64,000 nucleotides of DNA from assembly GCA_963668465.1 (NCBI GenBank), contig OY764542.1, forward strand, positions 2,368,520-2,432,519, read 5' to 3'. Shown here piece after piece: positions 1-8,170 of the stretch. This stretch comes from Dehalococcoidia bacterium. Lineage in GTDB: Bacteria; Chloroflexota; Dehalococcoidia; Lucifugimonadales; Australimonadaceae. How positions within the stretch are numbered: position 1 is the stretch's first letter; each line of letters starts with the position of its first letter. Under the pieces are notes generated by a model. The model saw only the letters and a list, made by a program, of their open reading frames with translations. It made no database searches and was not told where the DNA came from. Position numbers and translations under genes: made by a program.

Positions 1-135
1 GAGGACGACGCGCCCGAGTCCGATGAGAACGTTGCCTACGACGACGACGAAGATGACCAGTCCCCCGACGACGACTATGACGAAGACGAAGATGAGCCCG
101 GGGACGGCATAACCGGAGACGAAGAGGAGCCGTAG
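1..135 (+). CDS. 3' end of an upstream gene with an extremely acidic C-terminal tail; product not identifiable
   Basis: Open frame from the window edge to TAG at 133-135. Translation is EDDAPESDENVAYDDDEDDQSPDDDYDEDEDEPGDGITGDEEEP*. Confidence 0.4.
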   Translation, partial: EDDAPESDENVAYDDDEDDQSPDDDYDEDEDEPGDGITGDEEEP

Positions 136-147
136 GAACGAGGCAGG

Positions 148-1508
148 ATGTATGCGGAGAAGCTTCCACCACATGACGCAGAAGCGGAAGAAGCGGTAAT
201 AGGGTCCCTCCTCATCGATGGGGAGGTGATCAACCGTATCGCGCCGCTGGTCACGGTCAACGACTTCTACCGTGAACGCAACCGGTGGTGCTACGAAGCC
301 TGCCAGTCCCTCTACCATCGCGGCGAGCCTATAGACCAGATCAGCGTTGCCCGTGAGCTCTCGCTCAAGGAGCGCCTGGAGGAGGTCGGCGGTCCCGGCT
401 ACCTCAGCCACGTCATCGCCGCCGTCCCCACGTCCGTGCACGCTGAGCACTTCGCCCGCATCGTCAACCGCACTGCCACCATGCGCAGGCTCATCCAGGC
501 CGCGGGCGACATCGCATCCATCGGCTACGAGGACTCACCCGATACCGAGCAGGCCCTCGAACGCGCGGAAGACATCCTCTTCCGCGTCCGCAACACCCAC
601 GTCGTCCGCGACTTCGTAACGATCCGCGAGGTGCTGGACCAGTACCTCGAAGAATCGTCCGACCTCCCGCTCGACCACGGCGTCGCCCCATCCCCACCGG
701 ATTCGTCGACGTGGACAACGCGCTCGGACGCTTGCAACGGGGAGACCTCTTCATCCTTGCGGCGCGCCCCGCCTTGGGCAAGTCGACCCTCGCCATGAAC
801 ATCGCCCGGAACGCCGCGGGGCAGGGCGCCGTCGTCGCCGTTGTCAGCCTTGAGATGAGCCGCGAGCAACTCGCTCTCCGTCTCCTCTCTGCCGAGGCTG
901 AGGTCGACAGCCACCTCCTGCGCATCGGCCTGCTCGGCGACACCGCGCAGGCCCGCGTCATACACGGCATCGGCGCGCTTTCTGACCTCTCCATCTACAT
1001 GGACGACTCGCCGGCGCAGACCGTCCTGGAGATGCGCTCCAAGCTCCGGCGTCTGCACACCACCAGGAGCGTGGACCTCGTCATCGTCGACTACCTCCAA
1101 CTCATATCCGGGCGCGAGGACCGTGGCGAGAACCGGGTGCAGGAGTTGAGCGACATCACCCGGCAGTTGAAGGCCATCGCCCGTGACCTCAACGTACCGG
1201 TCATCGCCATCTCCCAGCTCTCCCGCGCCATCGAGCAGCGCCCCGACCACCATCCCCAGCTCTCCGACCTCCGGGAGTCCGGAAGCATCGAGCAGGACGC
1301 CGACGTCGTCGCGTTCATCCATCGTGCCGACAGGTACATGACTCCGGAGCAGTGGGAGCAGCGGCACCCCACCGACCCGTACCCGGAGAACCTTGCGCAA
1401 CTGATTATCGCGAAGAACCGTCACGGCCCCACGCGCAACATCCACCTCTATTTCGACGGCAAGTTCTCGCGCTTCCTGAACCTGCAGACCGAACCGGCGG
1501 CCCTATGA
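148..1508 (+). CDS. dnaB: Replicative DNA helicase DnaB; reading frame interrupted, needing one extra base in the C run at 686-689
   Basis: The N-terminal DnaB domain (AEAEEAVIGSLLIDGEVI...) lies in frame 1 up to about 687. The RecA-like C-terminal domain lies in frame 3 from about 690, with IPTGFVDVDNALGRLQRGDL, Walker A ARPALGKST, LVIVDYLQL, ISQLSR and RESGSIEQDAD. Restored length would be about 453 aa, typical for DnaB. Confidence 0.9.
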
Positions 1509-2158
1509 CCGCGTCCACGTTCCCCGGGTTCGGCGCTGCGGTGAAGCGCTTGCCCGTGCCTGCGCCGCTGCTCGCATCTCTCCTCGCCGACATCACCGAC
1601 TGTGCAGAGTTGAGATGCACGCTGCGCTTCCTCTGGTACGAGGCCCAGCAGAGCGGCGCGCCGAAGCGCGTACCCCTCTCCGCCCTGCGGACGGATGGCG
1701 TCCTGCTGGAAGCCCTCGGCTCCGTGGACGAGATTGAGCGTGGCATCGCCCTCGCCCTTGAGCGCGGCACGCTCATCGAGGCAGAGGACTGGCTCCTGCT
1801 GCGCACGGCGCAGAACGAGCGCGCCGCCGAGCGGTTCGGCCCCGCTCCTGCGCAGGCGGTGGCCGCCCACCCGTCCGAACGCCCCAACATCTTTCAGTTG
1901 TACGAAGAGAACGTTGGTATGCTGACGCCGTTGGTCGCCGACGAACTGCGCTCTGCGGAGGAGGAATACCCCGCCGGGTGGGTGGAGGCAGCCATACGCG
2001 AGGCGGCTGCAGGCAACGTCCGCAGTTGGCGCTACATCGAAGCGATACTGGAACGCTGGAAACGCGAAGGAAGAGGAACGAGGTCAAGTGGAAAGCCTGG
2101 GAGACATTCTGAGGCGCTTACAGCAGCGGAACTTCTCGAACGTCGCCGACGTCCCTGA
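1505..2158 (+). CDS. DnaD-like replication initiation / primosome protein (DnaD C-terminal, DnaB_2-type domain)
   Basis: The C-terminal stretch NIFQLYEENVGMLTPLVADELRSAEEEYPAGWVEAAIREAAAGNVRSWRYIEAILERWKREG fits the DnaD/DnaB_2 domain pattern. ATG at 1505 overlaps the dnaB stop (ATGA). The longer ORF from 1352 lies inside dnaB and was rejected. Confidence 0.7.
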   Translation: MTASTFPGFGAAVKRLPVPAPLLASLLADITDCAELRCTLRFLWYEAQQSGAPKRVPLSALRTDGVLLEALGSVDEIERGIALALERGTLIEAEDWLLLRTAQNERAAERFGPAPAQAVAAHPSERPNIFQLYEENVGMLTPLVADELRSAEEEYPAGWVEAAIREAAAGNVRSWRYIEAILERWKREGRGTRSSGKPGRHSEALTAAELLERRRRP

Positions 2159-3482
2159 GTGGGTGCAACAGCTCGACGCCGAGTCCCCTGTCGCTGACGC
2201 CTGCCCGACCTGCGGAGGTCACGGCTGGGTGCGCCGCGACCTGCCCGTCGGACACCCGGACTTCGGCCGCGCCTTTCCCTGCCTCTGCCAGATGCAGCGC
2301 AACGAGACGGGCCGCCTCGCCCGGCTGCAGCGCTACAGCAACCTCGGCGTGCTGCACAATGTCACGTTCGAGACGCTGGCCCCGAGCGGCCCCGGCGTCG
2401 GCCCTGAAGCCAACGCTCGCTATGACGCCGCGCTCCGCGCCGCCCGGTCTTTCGCCGAGGAGCCGGTAGGCTCGCTGCTCCTCACCGGCGGCCACGGCAC
2501 CGGCAAGACCTGTCTTGGCGCTGCTGCCGCCAACCGCCTGATGGGGCAGGGACGCCCCGTCCTCTTCACCTTTGTCCCTGACCTGCTGGACCAGCTCCGG
2601 GGCGGCTACGCGGACGACGCCGAAATCTCCCACGACGAGGTGTTCGACCAGGTCAAGAATGTCCCCATCCTTGTTCTGGACGACATCGGCGCGCACAACG
2701 GCACGCCATGGGCTGAGGAGAAGCTCTTTCAGGTCGTGAACCACCGCTACCTCAACGGCCTCCCCACCGTCCTCACGTCAGCCGTTCCCCTGGAGCGGCT
2801 GGACGGACGGCTCCAGAGCAAACTCACCGACCCGAGGAATGCGCTCGTCATAGACATGGGCGGCGCAACCGGTGCGAAGACCATGAGCCTCGGCGGCATA
2901 CCCCACGCCATGCTCCGCGACATGACCTTTGACTCATTCGAACCGCTGGGCCGTGCCCGGACGAGGGAGGACAGGGAAACGCTTGCTGCCGCTCTTCATG
3001 CCTCCCGGGCGTTTGCTGGGGAACCGGACGGCTGGCTCGTCCTCGTGGGCGGCCCCGGCTGTGGCAAGACCCACCTCGCCGTTGCCGTTGCCAACCAGCA
3101 ACTCGCGCAGGGCGGCGACGTATTCTTCGCCTTCGTGCCCGACCTGCTCGACCACCTCCGCTACACCTTCAGCCCGGACAGCCGGGTCACCTACGACGAG
3201 CTGTTCGACCGCATCAAGCAGGCGCCCCTGCTCATCATGGACGACCTCGGCGCCGAGAGCTCCACGTCCTGGGCGGACGAGAAGCTCTACCAGATCATCG
3301 TCCACCGGCATAACGCCCGCCTTCCCACCGTTATCACCATGCGCACCCTTCCATCCGGCCCCGCTGACCCCGTCGCTTCGCGCCTCAACGACGCGCGCAT
3401 GGTGACGGAGGTCCCTATCACCGCGCCGGACTACCGCCAGACGGGACGCGTCCGGCAGGAGCGCCGCCGCGATGTCTCATAG
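2088..3482 (+). CDS. DnaC/DnaI-like helicase loader with an N-terminal zinc ribbon and two tandem AAA+ modules
   Basis: Zinc ribbon: CPTCGGHGWV...FPCLC. Module 1: LLLTGGHGTGKT, FVPDLLDQLR, LVLDDIGAH, WAEEKLFQVVNHRY, LPTVLTS. Module 2: LVLVGGPGCGKT, FVPDLLDHLR, LIMDDLGAE, WADEKLYQIIVHRH, LPTVIT. The GTG start at 2088 overlaps the upstream gene by 71 nt; an alternative GTG lies at 2163, just after that gene's stop. Confidence 0.8.
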   Translation: MESLGDILRRLQQRNFSNVADVPEWVQQLDAESPVADACPTCGGHGWVRRDLPVGHPDFGRAFPCLCQMQRNETGRLARLQRYSNLGVLHNVTFETLAPSGPGVGPEANARYDAALRAARSFAEEPVGSLLLTGGHGTGKTCLGAAAANRLMGQGRPVLFTFVPDLLDQLRGGYADDAEISHDEVFDQVKNVPILVLDDIGAHNGTPWAEEKLFQVVNHRYLNGLPTVLTSAVPLERLDGRLQSKLTDPRNALVIDMGGATGAKTMSLGGIPHAMLRDMTFDSFEPLGRARTREDRETLAAALHASRAFAGEPDGWLVLVGGPGCGKTHLAVAVANQQLAQGGDVFFAFVPDLLDHLRYTFSPDSRVTYDELFDRIKQAPLLIMDDLGAESSTSWADEKLYQIIVHRHNARLPTVITMRTLPSGPADPVASRLNDARMVTEVPITAPDYRQTGRVRQERRRDVS

Positions 3483-3909
3483 CCCCCGATCGGGCGGCCC
3501 GGACGAGTGCGCGTTCTGCGGCATCGCATCCGGCGCGCTCCCGCGGGAGATCCGCTACCAGGACGATGAGCTCATTGCCTTCCACAACGCGTTGGACTGG
3601 GCACCGCTCATGTACCTCGTCGCGCCGGTCGTTCACATGAGCCAGCAGGACTTCTGGCAGTCGCCCCTCTTCTCCCGCGCCGCCCGGCTCGCCGTCGAGC
3701 TCGGCGAGACCGATGCCCCCGGCGGCTTTCGCATCGTCTCCAACTTCGGCGCCGACGCCATGCAGTCCCAGCCGCACGGCCACCTCCACGTCCTCGGCGG
3801 CGCGCACCTCGGCCTCTACATGGACTTCCCCGGCAAGAGCGACTTCTGGCTCCGCTTCTACGGCAGCGAACAACACGACCCCCTCACCTTCCGGAAGCGC
3901 CACCCGTGA
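3472..3909 (+). CDS. HIT (histidine triad) family protein
   Basis: Histidine triad HGHLHVLGG and N-terminal CAFCGI motif. The start overlaps the loader gene's stop by 11 nt. Confidence 0.85.
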   Translation: MSHSPRSGGPDECAFCGIASGALPREIRYQDDELIAFHNALDWAPLMYLVAPVVHMSQQDFWQSPLFSRAARLAVELGETDAPGGFRIVSNFGADAMQSQPHGHLHVLGGAHLGLYMDFPGKSDFWLRFYGSEQHDPLTFRKRHP

Positions 3910-3913
3910 GTAA

Positions 3914-3975
3914 CTTGTCATTTCGAGCGGAGTGCAGCGGAGCCGAGAAATCCCTCAGGAGACGCCCCGCCCATG
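3914..3975. repeat. 62-nt perfect direct repeat, copy 1 (GTCATTTCGAGCGGAGTGCAGCGGAGCCGAGAAATCCC... family)
   Basis: cttgtcatttcgagcggagtgcagcggagccgagaaatccctcaggagacgccccgcccatg is identical at 3914-3975 and 4097-4158. Confidence 0.9.
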
Positions 3976-3985
3976 GTGCCCCACT

Positions 3986-4013
3986 CCCGTCATTCCCGCG
4001 AAGGCGGGAATCC
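3986..4013. repeat. GC-rich palindromic element (GTCATTCCCGC-GAAG-GCGGGAATCC type)
   Basis: Perfect 8-bp stem ATTCCCGC/GCGGGAAT with a GAAG loop. A variant copy, attccagc-cttc-gctggaat, lies at 24884-24912. Confidence 0.8.
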
Positions 4014-4096
4014 AGGTGCCCAACAGGGCACACGTGCGCGCCAGCGCACACAGCGCCACGCAGAGAACCGCCTGCGTGGTCCAGCGCAACAGCCGC

Positions 4097-4158
4097 CTTG
4101 TCATTTCGAGCGGAGTGCAGCGGAGCCGAGAAATCCCTCAGGAGACGCCCCGCCCATG
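4097..4158. repeat. 62-nt perfect direct repeat, copy 2
   Basis: Identical to 3914-3975. Confidence 0.9.
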
Positions 4159-4172
4159 TTGCGCCCAGAAGC

Positions 4173-4199
4173 CCGCTCATGGTGAGCCTGTCGAACCAC
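4173..4199. repeat. Dispersed repeat family CCGCTCAT(GG/CC)TGAGCCTGTCGAA(CC/GG)AC, copy 1
   Basis: ccgctcatggtgagcctgtcgaaccac. Inverted copy with 1 mismatch at 23153-23179; variant at 36885-36911. Confidence 0.8.
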
Positions 4200-4213
4200 G
4201 GAGACCCTGACCC

Positions 4214-4591
4214 ATGACTGACGTCCTCCTCGTCGGCATGGGCGGCTTCATCGGCGCGGCGTCGCGATACGGCGTGATCCTCGGCGTATCCCGCCTGCTC
4301 GGCCAGCCCTCCTTCCCGTGGGGAGTGCTTGCCGTCAACGTCCTCGGCTCCCTCCTCATCGGCGTGCTTGCCGGACTAGCGGAGACGCGCCAGCTCTTCG
4401 GCCCGGGCGCGCGCCTCTTCCTCTTCGTCGGCGTACTCGGCGGTTTCACCACCTTCTCCGCCATAACCAACGACACCCTCACCCTCCTCCGCAACGCCGC
4501 CTATCTCTCCGCCGCCGCGAACGTCCTCCTCACCGTCGCCCTCGGCCTCGCCGCTGTCGCCATCGGCTACGTCGCCGCCCGCGCCCTCTGA
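4214..4591 (+). CDS. crcB: Fluoride ion channel CrcB/FluC
   Basis: 125-aa, four-TM protein with GGFIGAASRY, VNVLGSLLIG and GVLGGFTTFS motifs typical of CrcB. Confidence 0.85.
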   Translation: MTDVLLVGMGGFIGAASRYGVILGVSRLLGQPSFPWGVLAVNVLGSLLIGVLAGLAETRQLFGPGARLFLFVGVLGGFTTFSAITNDTLTLLRNAAYLSAAANVLLTVALGLAAVAIGYVAARAL

Positions 4592-5070
4592 CGAGGCGGG
4601 CGCGTCGCATACTCGGGCTGCGGTAGCCCCCATCCTGCCTCCATGTTGCTTTAGTGACACGCGCCCGTGGCACGGACGATTCCCCCTTCGTTATCATGAC
4701 TCCATGACTGCGCGACCGGCCCGGACGCTCCCCGCCCAGCCCCGTATGCAACGGAATGAGACACCCGCCGCGCCCGGGAAAGTTGTTATTCGATGGAATC
4801 TTGAAACCTTGAACGCAGGAAGCAGGCCGTGGCCTTGAAAACGCCCTATTTCAAGGTGATCAAGATACTCATTTTGGAGACCCCGTTTACTCCTGAAACC
4901 ACGTTCAAGATTCCAGGAACTGCGGCTCGGTGGAATCTTGAAGCCTGCTCCTTCTCCCGCTCCCGGTGGCGGGAGAGGGCGGGGCGCCCACCCCACGCTT
5001 GACCGTCATGCCGCAGGGGAACATACTCTGCCCGTTAGCCTAGATCAGAAGGAAACCGAGGAGGCCCGGG

Positions 5071-6183
5071 ATGGGACACGTACTCGACGCGGACACGCAC
5101 ATAGCAGAACCACCGGAGATGTGGGACTTCCTGGACCCGGACTGGCACAAGCGGCGCCCCGTCGTTGTCCAGGTGCCGGAGGACACGCTCTACGGCGGCG
5201 TGGACCACATGTGGCTCATAGACGGCCAGATATACCCGCGTCCCGCCGGACGGGGCGGCAACTTCCTCGTTACCCCCACGGTGCAGAAGAACGTGCGTGA
5301 CCGTCCTGACAGGAAGGCGCGCGAACTGCTAGACCTCCCGATGCGGTTCGAGGGCATGCAGGCCACCAACGTGGACTCGCAGGTCGTCTACCCCACGCTC
5401 TTCCTGGCGTACCTCACCCACGACGCCGCCTACGAGGTCGAGTTGTGCAAGGCCTACAACCGCTTCCTCGCGGACGTCTGGGCAAAGGCTGAAGACCGCA
5501 TCCGCTACGTCGTCATCCCCCCGCTGCGCAACATCGACGCTGCGGTCAGCGAGCTCCGCTTCGGCAAGGAGCACGGCGCGTGCGGCGTCTTCTTCCGCGG
5601 CATCGAGGGCGACAAGACCCTGGACGACCCCTACTTCTTCCCGGTCTACGAGGAGGCCCAGTCGCTCGGCCTGCCCATCTGCATCCACCAGGGCCAGGGC
5701 GCGCCCGCGCTCAACTACCTGATCGACGTGAGCCGCAGCCACACCTTCACGCACGGGCGCATCCCGCCTGTCGTCGCCTTCCGCAACCTCGTCTCGAACA
5801 AGGTCCCTGAACTCTTCCCCGACCTGCGGTGGGGCTTCATCGAGACCGGCGCTTCCTGGGTCCCGTTCGCCATGTACCAGCTCCGCGGCACGCTCCGCGC
5901 CGACGAGGACTTCTGGGGCCCGCGCCTCTTCGACAAATACAACATGTGGATCTCCTACGAGGTCGAGGAGGACCTGTCCTACCTGATGCAGTACGTCGGC
6001 GAGGACCACCTCGTCGTCGGCACCGACTACGGGCACCACACCCCCGGCACAACCGACCGCCTCTTCGCCGACCCGTCAGCACAGGTGCACTGCGTCACCC
6101 AGATGCGCACCCGTGACGACATCTCTTCCGCAACCGCGGAGAAGATACTGACGGACAACCCGGCAGCGCTCTACGGCGTGTAA
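5071..6183 (+). CDS. Amidohydrolase 2 family (ACMSD-like metal-dependent hydrolase/decarboxylase)
   Basis: N-terminal LDADTHIAEPPEMW, C-terminal VGTDYGH and ...KILTDNPAALYG. RBS GGAGG lies upstream of ATG 5071. Confidence 0.75.
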   Translation: MGHVLDADTHIAEPPEMWDFLDPDWHKRRPVVVQVPEDTLYGGVDHMWLIDGQIYPRPAGRGGNFLVTPTVQKNVRDRPDRKARELLDLPMRFEGMQATNVDSQVVYPTLFLAYLTHDAAYEVELCKAYNRFLADVWAKAEDRIRYVVIPPLRNIDAAVSELRFGKEHGACGVFFRGIEGDKTLDDPYFFPVYEEAQSLGLPICIHQGQGAPALNYLIDVSRSHTFTHGRIPPVVAFRNLVSNKVPELFPDLRWGFIETGASWVPFAMYQLRGTLRADEDFWGPRLFDKYNMWISYEVEEDLSYLMQYVGEDHLVVGTDYGHHTPGTTDRLFADPSAQVHCVTQMRTRDDISSATAEKILTDNPAALYGV

Positions 6184-6203
6184 GGCGAGGACAGTCCGTA
6201 TCC

Positions 6204-7196
6204 ATGCGGCGGGTGGAGAGGCGGCCCAGGAGGCCGAATGGGCGTTCGCGCCGCCTGCTCGTGCTCGTCGTAGCGCTCGGAGCGCTCATGCTCGTGGCCG
6301 GGCCGCTCATCGGCTTCTTCCTCGTCTACACCGCCCCGAGCCAGCAGTGGTTCGCCCGCGTCAACGGCGTCGAGATACCCCGCGCCATCCTCGTCGACGT
6401 CCTCCGCGCCAACCAGATCGACGCCCTGCTCCAGCGGCAGCGGTTCGAGCCGGGCACGCAGGCCTTCGACACCGCCGGCCTGCTCATCGATAACGAGGTG
6501 CTGCGCCAGACGGCAGACGCCCTCGGCATCGCCGTGAGCGAGGCGGACATCGACCGCGAGCTCGCAGCCCAGCTCACCCCGCAGCTGGACGCCGCGAACC
6601 TCGACGCCTCCGCCCGCGCCGAACTCGCCGAGGCGAAGCGCCAGTACGCCGACCTCCGGCACCTCGACATCACTGAGCTGGAGAGACTGGCTGAGGGAGA
6701 ATTGCTCCGCCGGAAGGCCACCGAGGCGCTCGGGCGCTCCATCGTCGACCCACAGCCACAGATACGCCTGCACTCCATCGTGGTTGCCGACGTGGAGACC
6801 GCCACGCGTATCCAGGGTGAGGCCGTGCAGGGGGCGCCATTCGAGGACCTGGCGCGCCGCTACTCGCTCGACCCCGCCTCCGGCGACCTCGGCTGGCTGC
6901 CCTACGCCGCGCTTCCGCCTGCTGCCGCGGACCTCCTGTGGAACCTCCCCCCGTCGGAGCTCTCCCCGCCGTTCCAGCGCGGCGACGGCGCGATTGTCGT
7001 CTACGCCATCAGCGCGCGTGACCCCTCCCTCGGGCTCGATCCCGTCGCAAGGCAGTTGCTGGAGGAAGCGGAGTTCGGGTCGTGGCTCGGCGAGACGCGT
7101 GCAGCGCAGGACATCGAACTACAACTGGACTCGGAGACGCTGGACTGGGTGGCCGACCAACTCGAACAGACGCGGAGCATCGCGCCACAGGGCTGA
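6204..7196 (+). CDS. Membrane-anchored PpiC/parvulin-type peptidyl-prolyl isomerase (SurA/PrsA-like)
   Basis: N-terminal basic segment plus TM helix. Parvulin-like block: IRLHSIVVADVETA...FEDLARRYSLDPASGDLGWLP...GAIVVYAI. Confidence 0.65.
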   Translation: MRRVERRPRRPNGRSRRLLVLVVALGALMLVAGPLIGFFLVYTAPSQQWFARVNGVEIPRAILVDVLRANQIDALLQRQRFEPGTQAFDTAGLLIDNEVLRQTADALGIAVSEADIDRELAAQLTPQLDAANLDASARAELAEAKRQYADLRHLDITELERLAEGELLRRKATEALGRSIVDPQPQIRLHSIVVADVETATRIQGEAVQGAPFEDLARRYSLDPASGDLGWLPYAALPPAAADLLWNLPPSELSPPFQRGDGAIVVYAISARDPSLGLDPVARQLLEEAEFGSWLGETRAAQDIELQLDSETLDWVADQLEQTRSIAPQG

Positions 7197-7212
7197 CGTG
7201 GCGTGCGGGCGC

Positions 7213-8154
7213 TTATGGCTGGCGGTGAGTCCGCCGCCCCAGCCAATCCCCCAGCAGGAGCGACGAGAAGCTCTGGCGCTCCACGGCTGGAGCATGCGCT
7301 GGCGGAGCGTCGCGCAGTCGGTCCACTCGCGCCTCGACCAGTTCGACGAGCCGCTTCGCCGCCTCTGCGTAGTCCGGCTTCGCGAGCGCGGCCTCGCGCA
7401 GGCCGCTCGTTGCTCCAGCGAGCCGGTCCAACCACGAAGCGAATGTCTCCGGCGCACACTCCAGCACGACGGCAAGCTCCTCCGGATCGAGCTCGGCAGC
7501 CGTGCGCAAGGCTTGGGAGAACGCGTCTCCCTGGAGGCGGCGCACGTCGCGCCAGACGGGGCTTGCGGAGACCGCGTCCACCGCTGCGCTCGCGGCGATG
7601 CGCGGCAGGTACTCGGTGGCGATGACGAAGCTGTCGTGCTCCGCCGCGTCGAGGAAGAACGGGCTGGCGCCGACGGCTCTGGCAAGCCCGGTCACGGCCT
7701 CGACTGCCTCACCCGAGGCGGTCGTCGACGGAACGATGGCATAGTCCGTACCGTCGAACGGCGCCTCGGTGCCTTCGCTCGTTGTATGAGGCACCGGACG
7801 CCCGCCGACGAAGTACATCCCGCTCGGCAGACATTCTTCCGCCCAGCGCAGCAGCGGCGCTTTCAGGGGGCACGTATCCGTGACGACACTCTCGGCTGGC
7901 GCGAACTGCCCGATGATGCGCAAGGCGTCTCTTGCGGACGCCAGCGGTGAGGAGAGCACGACGAGCTTCGCGCCAGCCATCGCCGCTGCGGCGCTCTTCG
8001 GCGCATCGTCGAGCGCGCCTGCCTCGACGGCACGCCTTCCCGTCGCGGAGTCAGGGTCGAACCCTGCGATCGATATGCCTTGGACACGGGACCTGATCGC
8101 GCGTCCGAGCGCGACACCCAGAGGGCTGAGGCCGATGATGGCGATGTCAGGCAT
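7213..8154 (-). CDS. tyrA: Prephenate/arogenate dehydrogenase
   Basis: N-terminal Rossmann motif IAIIGLSPLGVALGRAI. Also VVLSSPLASARDAL, VVTDTCPLKAP and YFVGGRPV. Confidence 0.8.
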   Translation of the reverse strand: MPDIAIIGLSPLGVALGRAIRSRVQGISIAGFDPDSATGRRAVEAGALDDAPKSAAAAMAGAKLVVLSSPLASARDALRIIGQFAPAESVVTDTCPLKAPLLRWAEECLPSGMYFVGGRPVPHTTSEGTEAPFDGTDYAIVPSTTASGEAVEAVTGLARAVGASPFFLDAAEHDSFVIATEYLPRIAASAAVDAVSASPVWRDVRRLQGDAFSQALRTAAELDPEELAVVLECAPETFASWLDRLAGATSGLREAALAKPDYAEAAKRLVELVEARVDRLRDAPPAHAPAVERQSFSSLLLGDWLGRRTHRQP

Positions 8155-8170
8155 GATGCCGCCGGCCGCC

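Noticed and set aside
1352-1504. Upstream extension of the DnaD-like ORF
   Set aside because: It lies entirely inside the dnaB coding frame. The ATG at 1505 gives the classic ATGA stop/start overlap.
4100-4213. Fluoride riboswitch expected upstream of crcB
   Set aside because: I read the ~110 nt upstream of crcB and found no match to the crcB-motif core as I remember it. The region is filled by repeat elements instead. A covariance-model scan would be needed to be certain.
3906-4217. Three overlapping 70-103-aa ORFs between the HIT gene and crcB
   Set aside because: Their sequences are translations of the palindromic and direct repeat elements (SFRAECSGAEKSL, VIPAKAGIQ types). There are no RBS sites, and the region is occupied by repeats.
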